Part shown: in pieces, positions 8,816-18,837 of the stretch
Position numbering within the stretch: the first letter of the stretch is position 1
Layout of the letters: each line of letters opens with the position of its first letter
Origin: Candidatus Omnitrophota bacterium
GTDB taxonomy: Bacteria > Omnitrophota > Gorgyraeia > 2-02-FULL-51-18 > JAGOUK01
Assembly: GCA_047639455.1 (NCBI GenBank)
Contig: JBLINS010000001.1
Span: forward strand, 179-64,178
Direction of reading: 5' to 3'
DNA: 64,000 nt
The notes under the pieces: generated by a model
Told to the model about the DNA's origin: nothing
The model's input: the letters and a program-made list of their open reading frames with translations, nothing else
The model's database searches: none
Program-made: the position numbers and the translations under genes

Positions 8816-10042
8816 TTAAAGTTTAGTTTGGCCTGTGGTTGATTTGGGGCTGATATTTGCATTAAACTTGATCAGATCAGGATGAATTGTATTCATGAAT
8901 TCTTCAGCCGCGCGACGATGATCTGTTAATTTTACGCCAACCATATTCCATATCCCCGTAGTTGTCCGCATGATTTCGTGATCTCTCGAAATTGAATTAG
9001 CATTTTTGGCCTGCTTTGTTTTGAACAAGGGACGTATGCCAGCATCAGACTTAAGGATATCATCCACGCCGATATTTACTTTGGGAAAATAACGCTTAAT
9101 TGAATCTAATAAATATTCGATTTCATGGGTTGTGGCATGTACGAGATCAGGATTGGATTGAGAAGTTTCTGTTGTTCCAATGCGTACTTTGTCACCCATA
9201 TTTATGCAGAAGAAAATTCGCTTGTCCTTAGCTTGTAGCAAAACCGATGTGGCTAAAAATGGCTTGGTTTCGATATGACATCCACTCACAGGTGAGACCA
9301 AAGCTGGTGATGGATCTGACCCGCTCTTTAATATTTGGTCAATCCACGGCCCACCCGCATTGACTAATACCCGACCTTTATATTCTTTTTGCTCACCTTT
9401 AGAATTTTCAGTGCAGACTGTGTAAACTTGTTTTTGGACATCATGCTTATATTCAATGAGTCGTTCATATTCTTTTATGATTGCGCCGTTCTCACTGGCA
9501 GATCGTCCAACCGCTTTGACTAATTCTTGGTCAGTGGTCAGCCTATCCCAAAATTGAATACCACCAATTAGGCCATGTTCATCCAGCTGAGGCATTTTTT
9601 GTAGCATGCTTTTTTTTGTCCAATAAGCCGTCGGCGCTGTAGCTCGCCCAGAAAAACGAGCTAAGAAGTAATATAAATAAACACCCAGCATTGTAGTGAT
9701 TTTGCCTCGAGGGCTATGTTTGTATATAGGAATGATTATAGGTAGAGGTTTGACTAACTTGGGAGCTATGTATTCCAATAGACGACATTCGCCTAAGGAG
9801 AGGAAGACAAAACGAAAATTCTTATAAAAAACATCCAAGCGACCTTTTAGCAGCCCATCCCAAGCCAATTCCATATAACGAATGCCACCATGAATGAGTT
9901 TGGAGCTTTTGGAGCTGGTGCCCGACCCCAATAGGTTTTTTTCGATTAAAAGTGGCTTAGCACCCCTTAAAGCCGCATCTCGAGCAATGCCTGTGCCTGC
10001 AATTCCACCACCTATGATGATTAAGTCAAATATTTGTGCCAT
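8816..10042 (-). CDS. glpD: FAD-dependent glycerol-3-phosphate dehydrogenase
   Basis: N-terminal FAD fold DLIIIGGGIAGTGIARDAALRG and the GlpA/GlpD family. Convergent with glpK. Confidence 0.8.
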   Translation of the reverse strand: MAQIFDLIIIGGGIAGTGIARDAALRGAKPLLIEKNLLGSGTSSKSSKLIHGGIRYMELAWDGLLKGRLDVFYKNFRFVFLSLGECRLLEYIAPKLVKPLPIIIPIYKHSPRGKITTMLGVYLYYFLARFSGRATAPTAYWTKKSMLQKMPQLDEHGLIGGIQFWDRLTTDQELVKAVGRSASENGAIIKEYERLIEYKHDVQKQVYTVCTENSKGEQKEYKGRVLVNAGGPWIDQILKSGSDPSPALVSPVSGCHIETKPFLATSVLLQAKDKRIFFCINMGDKVRIGTTETSQSNPDLVHATTHEIEYLLDSIKRYFPKVNIGVDDILKSDAGIRPLFKTKQAKNANSISRDHEIMRTTTGIWNMVGVKLTDHRRAAEEFMNTIHPDLIKFNANISPKSTTGQTKL

Positions 10043-10197
10043 ATTAGTAGTCTAATTCCACTTGGTTATATGTATAAAAAGTATCAAAATCTTGTAATTA
10101 GGGCCTATATAGTGTAATTAAAAGGTAACAATCTTAAATATTGTTGATAGATTATAACAAATTTTAACTGATTTTAACAAAAAAATTATCTAAAATT

Positions 10198-11073
10198 ATG
10201 GCACAGACTAATATCATTGGATATAGAAAAAAACCAGCCTGGATTTATGTTGTAGCGACGTTTTTAATCCTCATTCCGCTACTTTCATACATTGAGCTTC
10301 ATTTGCGTGGAGGGGGATTCGCCACTATTCCCAAAGAGTTATTCTATCAAGAAATATTTTGTTCAGCATCTGCTGCACTAGCCATTTTGATTGTCACTCG
10401 TTTTAGTCTGCTCTATTTTTTAGGCCTTAGTACTTATTTCATTGGCTTTAAGTTAATTCAGGTTTATTCGGGTGGTTGGGGTACGCCATTTGAGTTGGCC
10501 GTGATTGTCTTTTGGCTGACGGCACCCCTTTTATTTGTAACCACTTCGCTCAAAATTCCGTATTTAAACCCCGCAGCACGTTGGTGGACGCAAGAAAAGC
10601 GTTTTACGCATATGAGTCGTGGAACTTTGAATTACAAAGGTATTAAATACCCTATTGTCATGATTGATTTTTCTGCTGGTGGCGCTTTTATTAAATTAGA
10701 TGAGCGTATTTTTAAAGAAGTTCCAAAGGATGATAAAGACAAGCGTGATGAAAAATCGATTGGTATTCGCCACCCATTTTTGGATGCCAAAGAAAGGCTT
10801 GTTGCTAAGAATTCTATGGAAGATTACCCGTCTGTTGAAGACGGCATTAAATTAAAAGTTCAAACATTACCAGGTTTAGACATTCCCTACAAAGAGGGTT
10901 ATTATGAAGTTAATGCAGAGGTGGTCTGGGCGACAAAAGCCACAGACCCAATTCAATACGGGCTAGGACTCAGATTCAAACATGATAGCTTAATCGAAAA
11001 GTTAAAGCTCAGTCGATATCTCTACGTTTTGCAACCCCGCTCTCGGCAACGCAATCACCGCGACCACACGTAA
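10198..11073 (+). CDS. membrane protein with C-terminal PilZ (c-di-GMP binding) domain
   Basis: Four N-terminal TM helices, then the RxxxR...D.S.GG PilZ signature (QEKRFTHMSRG ... IDFSAGGAFIK). Confidence 0.6.
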   Translation: MAQTNIIGYRKKPAWIYVVATFLILIPLLSYIELHLRGGGFATIPKELFYQEIFCSASAALAILIVTRFSLLYFLGLSTYFIGFKLIQVYSGGWGTPFELAVIVFWLTAPLLFVTTSLKIPYLNPAARWWTQEKRFTHMSRGTLNYKGIKYPIVMIDFSAGGAFIKLDERIFKEVPKDDKDKRDEKSIGIRHPFLDAKERLVAKNSMEDYPSVEDGIKLKVQTLPGLDIPYKEGYYEVNAEVVWATKATDPIQYGLGLRFKHDSLIEKLKLSRYLYVLQPRSRQRNHRDHT

Positions 11074-11154
11074 TAACATCCAACAACACACAACAACACT
11101 TTAGCTCTTATTTACCAGAATTAAATACAAAAACTTGCTACAATAAGTTTTGTT

Positions 11155-11290
11155 CAGCGCTCCTCATCGTGAGTGGAGCTGAAAAAAATGCTCCGACGTA
11201 ACGATCTAACACTAAAAGCATTTCTGGGAGATCCTCACGTCGCTGCTACGCGCTCCCCAGGATGACACATGCTGCTGACGCGTCATTTAA
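11155..11290. repeat. MITE/REP-like dispersed repeat, family A copy
   Basis: atgctccgacgtaaCgatctaacactaaaagcatttctgggagatcctcacg...ccaggatgac. About 85% identical to the copy at 25734-25807. Confidence 0.75.
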
Positions 11291-11317
11291 ACTTTTTATT
11301 AAGATAGCGAGAAAATT

Positions 11318-11779
11318 ATGCCCGAGCCATTTTTACCACCTGTAAAAGAATACAATGCCAGTGATGCTAACCCTTGCGAGGGATGTAGTAATTGTTGCGA
11401 ATACCTAGCTATCGAAATAGATAAGCCATCAACCGTCCCCGATTTTGAACAAATACTTTGGTATGTCATTCACAAAAATATTTGGGTTTATGTTTGCCAT
11501 GATAGTGATTGGCATATTCAATTCAATACTCCTTGCGAAAAGCTAGATAATCGACGCTGCACCTTTTATGTCAACCGTCCATCAATTTGTAGAGATTATG
11601 AGCCTGTTACATGCCCACGTTACGATGATGGGCCGGCGGAAAAGTATATGTTCAAAAATGAACATGATCTTTTTGCTTATTTAGCCAAACGCCGCCCAAA
11701 GACATTTGAAAAATTGCGCGTTAATATTAATTTGGCAGATTATCCGCCTAAGAAAAATAGCTCACCATTAGTGAAATAG
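11318..11779 (+). CDS. YkgJ-family Fe/Zn-binding protein (CxxCxxCC)
   Basis: CEGCSNCC motif plus a second Cys cluster; YkgJ/UPF0153 pattern. Confidence 0.6.
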   Translation: MPEPFLPPVKEYNASDANPCEGCSNCCEYLAIEIDKPSTVPDFEQILWYVIHKNIWVYVCHDSDWHIQFNTPCEKLDNRRCTFYVNRPSICRDYEPVTCPRYDDGPAEKYMFKNEHDLFAYLAKRRPKTFEKLRVNINLADYPPKKNSSPLVK

Positions 11780-11837
11780 ATTTAACTTCACGCAATATAA
11801 CTAAATGGTAACTTTCACCACAACTTAAGGAAAGCAT

Positions 11838-12059
11838 ATGCCTAGTCCAGCCGCTAATCAAAAATCCCTTAAAAAGCTTAAGGGTTCCAAAGTTAGAATA
11901 TTCAAAATCACTAATCGAGTCGGATATGCAGCTATTGCTGAAAATAATTTGACTGAGGGAGGCTCTCCGGCAGAAGCTTATGATCGTATGACCAAAGCCT
12001 TGAAGCGATCTGGCTTCGAAGTAATTGGTGCGGCACCCAAGGTTAGTAAGCACATTTAA
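11838..12059 (+). CDS. small protein, possibly YegP/DUF1508-like
   Basis: 73 aa with a good RBS (aaggaaagcatATG). Weak pattern similarity to the YegP repeat. Confidence 0.35.
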   Translation: MPSPAANQKSLKKLKGSKVRIFKITNRVGYAAIAENNLTEGGSPAEAYDRMTKALKRSGFEVIGAAPKVSKHI

Positions 12060-12217
12060 CTCTATAGAGTTCAGCAATATTGATATAGCCTTAGATTGTG
12101 CCCGTGCCTGACCGCAAAGGCAGGACACTAATGCCGGTGTAGTTGGGGTGAAACCGGCCCACGTCGCTTGCTTCTCGCTTCTCGCAATGACGTTACTTTG
12201 CAAGCGCGTTTTAATTA

Positions 12218-12258
12218 AAAAAGCCTTAGACTTCGCGAGAAGTCTAAGGCTTTTTTAA
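12218..12258. terminator. bidirectional intrinsic terminator
   Basis: aaaaaaGCCTTAGACTTCtcgcgaGAAGTCTAAGGCtttttt, lying between convergent genes. Confidence 0.65.
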
Positions 12259-12275
12259 GTTTAATAATTAGCGAA

Positions 12276-12908
12276 TTAACTTTTGATCGAAACCTTAACC
12301 ATTTTGATTTCTTCGCGTGGCTTGTCACTGCCATCCTTATCGGCGCCGGCTATTTTGTGGACTACGTCCATACCCGCTGTGACTTTACCAAAAACAGCAT
12401 GCTTGCCGTCTAACCAAGGTGTCGCCGCTTCAGTGATGAAGAATTGGCTTCCATTTGTATTGGGTCCGGAATTAGCCATAGAGAGAACTCCAGCTTCTGA
12501 ATGCGAGAGCTCAGAAACAAATTCATCCTCAAACGAATAGCCTGGACCACCCATGCCGGTACCCGTTGGGTCACCGGTTTGAATCATGAATTGTGGTATC
12601 ACGCGATGAAAGATGATTCCATCATAAAAGCCTTCATTGGCTAATTTAACGAAGTTAGCAACCGTTTTGGGGGCTTGACCAGAATAGAGTTCTATATCGA
12701 TCACGCCTTTATTTGTTTCTATTTGAGCGAGGGTTACAGAAGTGTCTTGAGCATTATTTGTCATGAGTGGGGCATCCTTTGTTTTGGGTTCAGGAGCATT
12801 TCCGGAACCAGATAGTACCAATAAACAGGTTAGAACAGTGAACACAGAAAGAATTGGTTTTATTTTCATCACAAGAGTTTGCAAAAACATCGTAATTTTG
12901 TCAATCAC
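12276..12908 (-). CDS. ppiA: periplasmic cyclophilin-type peptidyl-prolyl isomerase
   Basis: Signal peptide plus the cyclophilin core [18 protein letters not shown]...G.SQFFIT. Confidence 0.85.
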   Translation of the reverse strand: MIDKITMFLQTLVMKIKPILSVFTVLTCLLVLSGSGNAPEPKTKDAPLMTNNAQDTSVTLAQIETNKGVIDIELYSGQAPKTVANFVKLANEGFYDGIIFHRVIPQFMIQTGDPTGTGMGGPGYSFEDEFVSELSHSEAGVLSMANSGPNTNGSQFFITEAATPWLDGKHAVFGKVTAGMDVVHKIAGADKDGSDKPREEIKMVKVSIKS

Positions 12909-12968
12909 TAATGTAGTTTATGCCTCAATATTTGCTATAATTGTGGATAATTCAAATAGGGGAATGAT

Positions 12969-13556
12969 ATGAAAAAAATATTTGCGGTTTTAGTGTCTTT
13001 GGGAGTTTGTTTGAGTTCTGTGCTTGCTATGGCCGCTGCACCTGATTTCACATTGAGTGATACGCATGGGCAGACGCATTCATTGGCTGACTTTGGCGGT
13101 AAGCATGTGGTTCTGGAGTGGTTTAATCCTGATTGCCCGTATGTGCGTAAACATTATGATAGTGGCAATATGCAGGCGTTACAAGGTAAGTATGTAGAAC
13201 AAGGTGTTGTTTGGCTGTCTATTAATTCTTCTGCGCAAGGTAAGCAGGGTCATTATCAGCCTGGGGAGTATAATGAGATTTTGAGCCAGCGAGATTCACA
13301 AGCCACGGCTTTGTTATTGGATCATGACGGAGTTGCAGGACATACCTTTGGAGCAAAGACGACACCACATATGTTCATTATTGATCCTAAGGGTCGGATC
13401 ATTTATAGCGGGGCTATTGATGATAATTCATCAGCCAATCCTAGAGATGCGCTCACAGCCGACAATTATGTAGCTCAAGCCTTAGATGAAGCCTTAGGTG
13501 GAGATGAGGTTTCACTACCCAAAACACGTTCTTATGGCTGTTCAGTCAAATACTAG
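12969..13556 (+). CDS. secreted thioredoxin-fold (redoxin/TlpA-like) protein
   Basis: Signal peptide. WFNPDCPYV motif with a single Cys. AhpC/TSA/redoxin-like fold pattern. Confidence 0.5.
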   Translation: MKKIFAVLVSLGVCLSSVLAMAAAPDFTLSDTHGQTHSLADFGGKHVVLEWFNPDCPYVRKHYDSGNMQALQGKYVEQGVVWLSINSSAQGKQGHYQPGEYNEILSQRDSQATALLLDHDGVAGHTFGAKTTPHMFIIDPKGRIIYSGAIDDNSSANPRDALTADNYVAQALDEALGGDEVSLPKTRSYGCSVKY

Positions 13557-13568
13557 CAGGGAGAAATA

Positions 13569-14951
13569 ATGCCACCAAAACAAAAAGCCAAATTTCGCAA
13601 ATCCAAAGATTCTATGGGCCAAATGTTAATACCCGCAGATATGCTTTATGGAGCCTCAACCCAAAGAGCAGTATTGAATTTTCCTGTAAGTGGTTACCGC
13701 ATGTCGCGCGCATTCCTCAAGGCCTTGGGCCAATTAAAGGTTTCTTGCGCCAAAGCTAATTTAAAACTCAAATGTTTACCCACTAAACAAGTCGGGCCGA
13801 TCGTCAAAGCTGCTAGCGCTGTGCGTGATGGTGCTTATGACAAACATTTTGTGGTTGATGTATTTCAAACAGGTTCTGGCACATCAACGAATATGAATGC
13901 GAATGAAGTCATTGCTAATTTGGCTAATCGCAAATTTAAGGGTAAGAGGATTCATCCCAATGATCATGTGAATAAAGGTCAATCGTCTAATGACATCATA
14001 CCCACCACAATTCATATTTCGAGCGTATTAGAGATTCAGCAAGAACTCATCCCAAGCTTAGGTGCTTTGGCCAAAGCCTTGGCGAAAAAAGAAAAACAAT
14101 TTGCCAAAGTTTATAAAATTGGCCGTACACATTTGCAAGATGCAACACCAATGACTTTAGGTCAGGAGTTTGGTGGTTATGCCGAACAGATGCGCAAAGG
14201 TATTGTGAGGCTGAATGCTTGTTTGATTCATTTGAGAGAATTGCCTATCGGCGGCACAGCTATAGGCACGGGAATTAATACACATAAGCGCTTCGCTAAA
14301 GAGGTGTGTCGTGATTTGAACACCGCCCTTAAGACACAATTCCGTGAAGCTAAGAATCACTTTGAAGCTCAAGCCGCCAAGGACGCATGTGTCGAAGCGA
14401 GTGGTGTTATGAAGACCATTGCTGTGTCTTTGATGAAAATTGCTAATGATATTCGTTGGTTGGGATGTGGTCCTCGGGCGGGCATTTCTGAAATTTTGGT
14501 TCCGGCAGTTCAGCCTGGTTCATCGATTATGCCAGGTAAAGTTAATCCAGTCATTGCAGAGTCAGTGACGCAAGTTGCCGCCCAAGTCATTGGCAATGAC
14601 GCAACGATTACGATCGCCGGTCAATCAGGCAATTTTGAATTGAATGTCATGATGCCTTTGATTGCACATAACTTATTGGAACAAATTCGTTTATTGGCTA
14701 ATGTGAGTGGCGTTTTTAGAACGCAGTGTATTGATGGGCTCCAAGCTGATAAAAAGAAATGTGAGTCACAAATAGAAACAAGCTTGATGTTATCAACTCC
14801 ATTGGTTCCTGTATTGGGCTACGATAAAGCTGCGGCTTTAGCGAAGGAAGCGTTTAAAGCTGGATTGACTATACGTGAAGTTGTTTTGAAGCATCAATTA
14901 TTATCAGAAAAGGATTTAAGGCGTATTCTTGCTGTTAATAATTTGGTGTAG
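13569..14951 (+). CDS. fumC: class II fumarate hydratase / aspartate ammonia-lyase family enzyme
   Basis: QTGSGTSTNMNANEV and GSSIMPGKVNP signatures of the fumarase/aspartase superfamily. The choice between FumC and AspA is not resolved. Confidence 0.8.
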   Translation: MPPKQKAKFRKSKDSMGQMLIPADMLYGASTQRAVLNFPVSGYRMSRAFLKALGQLKVSCAKANLKLKCLPTKQVGPIVKAASAVRDGAYDKHFVVDVFQTGSGTSTNMNANEVIANLANRKFKGKRIHPNDHVNKGQSSNDIIPTTIHISSVLEIQQELIPSLGALAKALAKKEKQFAKVYKIGRTHLQDATPMTLGQEFGGYAEQMRKGIVRLNACLIHLRELPIGGTAIGTGINTHKRFAKEVCRDLNTALKTQFREAKNHFEAQAAKDACVEASGVMKTIAVSLMKIANDIRWLGCGPRAGISEILVPAVQPGSSIMPGKVNPVIAESVTQVAAQVIGNDATITIAGQSGNFELNVMMPLIAHNLLEQIRLLANVSGVFRTQCIDGLQADKKKCESQIETSLMLSTPLVPVLGYDKAAALAKEAFKAGLTIREVVLKHQLLSEKDLRRILAVNNLV

Positions 14952-14953
14952 TC

Positions 14954-16138
14954 ATGCGTTATAAAGGGCTGTATTTTGTAATGGCTTTTTTGCAAGGTAT
15001 TTGCTTGCCCCTAATATCTGCATCTAGCTTTATTTTTCACTCCGAACCCTATCAATTAAGCCATTCTCAATATGGGCTTGTTTTTTTATTCATGGTTTTT
15101 GCTAGCTTGAGCATCGCTTTATGCTTTAGGGCCATTTCGAGATTTTGTGGACGACCTTTGTGTTTCTTAATGGGTTGGGCAGGCCACTTAGTCTTTTTAG
15201 CCCTATTAGCTTGGTCATCACGTTTTGAGAATAATTCTGATGCATTATTTTATTTATTGCTAATAGCCAATATCTTTTTTGGGGGTGGCTTTAGTTTATT
15301 GCTCACGGTCATAAGTGCAGAATTAGTGGATAGATTTCCGCTAAAGCGAGAAGTGAATTTAACCTTATTACATGGAATATTGGGCTTGGGAGCTGCTTTG
15401 AGCCCGACTCTCGTGGCGTATTTCTTCAATATCAAATTGTGGCCAAGTGTATTTCTGTTTTGGTGTGGCGTGATGTTTGTCGTCGGCATTGCCACAATTG
15501 TAACAAAAACATTACCTTGCCTGGTTGAGGAGCCGGTTAGTAACGGACTCCCTAAAGTACGTGTGAATATTTTGGCTTATGGATTTGGACTAGCCTTAAT
15601 TGTGTACGGTACAGCTGAAGCCATGGCAGCTAATTGGACCATTCTCTTTATTACCCAAGCTAAGCAATTAGACTTTGGATTCGCGTCTTTATGCCTGACT
15701 TTATTTTGGGCATCGGTCACCGCTGGGCGTTTATGCTTGCCTCTACTTATCAAAATAATTCCCGTCAAAATATTGTATTTAAACTCGCCTTGGATTATGG
15801 CGGTCGGTTTATTTGGTCTTTGCAATTCATCCAATACGCTTTCAATCGCAGCTTCTATAGCCATCACTGGCTTAGGATGTTCTTATTTTTATCCTTTGTC
15901 AGTTAGTTTTGCTACTCAATATTTTGATCAGCATCGCGAATTCATGATTAGCCTAACTTTGGCGGGTTTAATGATTGGAGTTGGCATTGGTAGTTCGGGC
16001 ATAGGTTGGTTGCGAGATGCGAATTATTTGGATCTAGATAAAGTATTCTATGTCGCCGCATGGAGTGCAGCGGCTTTGGGGTTAATTGCTTTCACATTAA
16101 TCCACTGCATAACAAAAGTTAAGGGGAAGATGGCATGA
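14954..16138 (+). CDS. MFS-type transporter (about 12 TM)
   Basis: 394 aa polytopic membrane protein with an MFS-like duplicated six-TM organisation. Confidence 0.5.
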   Translation: MRYKGLYFVMAFLQGICLPLISASSFIFHSEPYQLSHSQYGLVFLFMVFASLSIALCFRAISRFCGRPLCFLMGWAGHLVFLALLAWSSRFENNSDALFYLLLIANIFFGGGFSLLLTVISAELVDRFPLKREVNLTLLHGILGLGAALSPTLVAYFFNIKLWPSVFLFWCGVMFVVGIATIVTKTLPCLVEEPVSNGLPKVRVNILAYGFGLALIVYGTAEAMAANWTILFITQAKQLDFGFASLCLTLFWASVTAGRLCLPLLIKIIPVKILYLNSPWIMAVGLFGLCNSSNTLSIAASIAITGLGCSYFYPLSVSFATQYFDQHREFMISLTLAGLMIGVGIGSSGIGWLRDANYLDLDKVFYVAAWSAAALGLIAFTLIHCITKVKGKMA

Positions 16139-16866
16139 AATCAAAAATTCTTTATTGTGGAGATGAAGACTTGAATCATGCGGCCAAATACTTGGCTTGT
16201 GTCCTCAAATTTTTGAACCACAAATATGATTATGTTCGTTCAAACGACAAAATCCCTAGTAAATATAATCACCCATATGCATTAGTGATTTTGAGCGATT
16301 ATCCGAGTGCACGCTGGAGCAAGAAAGCCATGCAGCTATTAAAAGACAATATTTATGCAGGTAGCTCATTGCTAATGATAGGAGGGTGGGGCTCTTTTTC
16401 TGGCAACGACGGAAATTATGCTGCGACATCTTTAGCCGAGGCCTTGCCCGTAAAAATAAAGAAAACAGATGATAGATGTCAGGGGTCAGTGGCTTACCGG
16501 ATACGTAGAACGACCACAAAAAATAATTTTGGTAAACTTGATTTTAAATATGCCCCAACAATTGCTGGATTTAATCATGTCCAATTAAAAAAAACAGCCC
16601 ATCAAATATTGGCGGTTGACACGCTCAAAAATAATCCTAAAACAAATCAACTAGTCACGCAGTCATCGAGTCCTTTGCTGGCCTATGGTGAATATGGCTT
16701 AGGTCGCGTAGCCACCTTAATGACAGACTTAGCACCGCATTGGTCGGGTGGCTTTGTTGATTGGGGGCACAAGCGCCACGATCTCAAAATCGCTCCCAAA
16801 ATAGGTATTGATGTGGGCGTACACTATATTCAATTCATTGAAGAGCTGATTGGTAGCCTGCTATAA
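16135..16866 (+). CDS. hypothetical protein, class I glutamine amidotransferase-like fold
   Basis: YALVILSDYP ... LLMIGGWGSF pattern resembling ThuA/GATase1-like proteins. Overlaps the upstream gene by 4 nt. Confidence 0.4.
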   Translation: MKSKILYCGDEDLNHAAKYLACVLKFLNHKYDYVRSNDKIPSKYNHPYALVILSDYPSARWSKKAMQLLKDNIYAGSSLLMIGGWGSFSGNDGNYAATSLAEALPVKIKKTDDRCQGSVAYRIRRTTTKNNFGKLDFKYAPTIAGFNHVQLKKTAHQILAVDTLKNNPKTNQLVTQSSSPLLAYGEYGLGRVATLMTDLAPHWSGGFVDWGHKRHDLKIAPKIGIDVGVHYIQFIEELIGSLL

Positions 16867-17368
16867 TAACGCTATGAAAAAATGCCCTTTTTGTTATGAA
16901 GAAATTCAAGACGAAGCGATTAAATGTCGCTATTGTCACGAAATGCTAAAAGAACCCATTCGTGATGATACTAAAGATGAAAAATATTTGGATGAGCGCC
17001 GCCCGGCTTGGAGAGCCTATTCCAAACAATTATTTTTTGGAACATTATTACTACCTTTATTCGGTCTTGGGTTGCTATTTTACCTTTATGCATACGTCCA
17101 TCGTTCTGGCAGCTTATATGTAGTAACAAGCACTCGAGTGATAATACGCAGTGGTTTGGTCAGTAATGTGATTGATGAAATTAGCATATCGGATATCAAA
17201 AGCATGACATTGATTCAAAATTTCTTTGATCGCTTAGTTGATTGTGGCGATATTTATATGGCTACGGCAGGCACGTCAAAAATCGAAATCAAGATAAAGA
17301 ATATTTATCGCCCCCAAGAATTCAAAGATATGATTTCTAATCAAAAATCTTTTTTAATATTAAAGTAG
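16850..17368 (+). CDS. zinc-ribbon + bacterial PH (bPH_2/DUF304) domain membrane protein
   Basis: CPFC...CRYCHE zinc ribbon, a two-TM hairpin, then a YdbS/T-like PH domain (VVTSTRVIIRSG...). Confidence 0.55.
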   Translation: MVACYNNAMKKCPFCYEEIQDEAIKCRYCHEMLKEPIRDDTKDEKYLDERRPAWRAYSKQLFFGTLLLPLFGLGLLFYLYAYVHRSGSLYVVTSTRVIIRSGLVSNVIDEISISDIKSMTLIQNFFDRLVDCGDIYMATAGTSKIEIKIKNIYRPQEFKDMISNQKSFLILK

Positions 17369-17378
17369 GTAAGAATTA

Positions 17379-17954
17379 ATGCAGCAATTTAATATGATGC
17401 GTTTTGCAGCTGGCGGCATATCGGGCTGCCTTATGGGTTTTTTATTGGTGGGCTTGGTTTACGTAGTGCCGCAGCATATTCCCAAGCTACATCTTCAAGC
17501 GCCTAAGGTCAAAATTCAACAAGGCATTCAAGAGAAGACAGATTTATTTGGTTTGGTCGAGGGTCAATGGACTGTTGATCGTGGCATTATGCATGGCGAT
17601 GCATTGCAATACTATTCTTCAGGAGCGCTTCTTAGAGAAATGACTTATGTTGAAGGTGAATTAGATAATATCGTACGTGAGTATTATGAAAAAAAAGGTT
17701 ATCGCAGACGACCGCCCACTGGATCAATTATTCCAAGAAATATGCGCGGCCAAATCGCCGGAGAGCAAAAAGCGATTTGGACTTATGTTCAGGGGCGTAA
17801 ACAGGGTCTTTATGAATTATATTATGAAAATGGCATTCTAAAGGAGCAAGGTAACTTTGTGAATGATAAATTAGATGGTAGGCAACGCAAATTTAATACG
17901 AATGGAGAATTGATTCGTGAAAAAACATATGGAGATCGCTTAAATGGGTTCTAA
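17379..17954 (+). CDS. MORN-repeat (YwqK-like) protein with N-terminal TM
   Basis: Repeated Y.(E/D)NG.l..e..y..g MORN-variant repeats. Confidence 0.5.
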   Translation: MQQFNMMRFAAGGISGCLMGFLLVGLVYVVPQHIPKLHLQAPKVKIQQGIQEKTDLFGLVEGQWTVDRGIMHGDALQYYSSGALLREMTYVEGELDNIVREYYEKKGYRRRPPTGSIIPRNMRGQIAGEQKAIWTYVQGRKQGLYELYYENGILKEQGNFVNDKLDGRQRKFNTNGELIREKTYGDRLNGF

Positions 17955-18165
17955 TCAAAAGATCTTATTGATTTTGGGCGTGGTTTTGATGGTTATGGGC
18001 GCCTTCATGAATATAACTACACGTAAAATACACTCAAACACTCAATCGGCATCAAGGAGTGCGGCAGAAACTACACAAAGCTCATCATTGAACGGGAATT
18101 GGGGTGATTCGGACCCCACATCCAAGACTGATAATGCATCAACCAAGTCCTATTTTGGTAGCTAG
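17944..18165 (+). CDS. small membrane protein with a Ser/Thr-rich tail
   Basis: 73 aa, one TM. Overlaps the upstream gene by 11 nt. Confidence 0.35.
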   Translation: MGSNQKILLILGVVLMVMGAFMNITTRKIHSNTQSASRSAAETTQSSSLNGNWGDSDPTSKTDNASTKSYFGS

Positions 18166-18342
18166 ATGGCAGGTTTGCCTCAAACCCAGAATATACGTTT
18201 TTTGCCAGAACCTAGAAAACTGGCTCAAAATCGTATAGACTAGTAGTAGCTAGTAGTAACTAGTAATAGTTATCAACATCGAGTGATGTATGATTATTTG
18301 ACTAAATACTTTGCGCTATATAAAACAATAAATGACTAATAA

Positions 18343-18717
18343 ATGAATACGGATGAAACAATGCATAGATTATTAATATTCTTTTTAGTGGCAATGGCTC
18401 TAGGTGTATATTTAAGGTATTTTGCACGGGGTGCGGCACATGCAAAACCTTTGGGTTTGAAGATCAAAAAGAAAATACGACCCATTAAAGCCAAGGCGAT
18501 TGGCATTGACGAATTATGGGGACAGGTCTATGATACCGAATCGATTGACGATGCGCGCAAAGTTCAACAGAGTTTTATGGATCTCGGAATTCAGTGTTTT
18601 GTATACACTCAAGGTAAGAAAGATGTATACGGTGAATTATTAAAGCATTTTGGGGTTTCAGTTCCTCAGAAGTCCCTAGGAAAAGCCCAGGCCATTCTGT
18701 CCGAAATTGTGTTTTGA
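18343..18717 (+). CDS. hypothetical membrane-anchored protein
   Basis: 124 aa with an N-terminal TM. No recognisable domain. Confidence 0.4.
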   Translation: MNTDETMHRLLIFFLVAMALGVYLRYFARGAAHAKPLGLKIKKKIRPIKAKAIGIDELWGQVYDTESIDDARKVQQSFMDLGIQCFVYTQGKKDVYGELLKHFGVSVPQKSLGKAQAILSEIVF

Positions 18718-18837
18718 TGCAAAGCTTATTAATTGTTAAACCTTTATTTGTTTTCCAGTAATGGGACACTCAATCGTCGCCATCCTCGAAATCGAATTGG
18801 ACGCAAAATTAACTACTTCAGGCCATAGGAATAGAAC

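Noticed and set aside
11748-12203. ORF 11748..12203(-)
   Set aside because: Antisense to the well-supported 11838..12059 small gene and runs through repeat and terminator sequence. No RBS.
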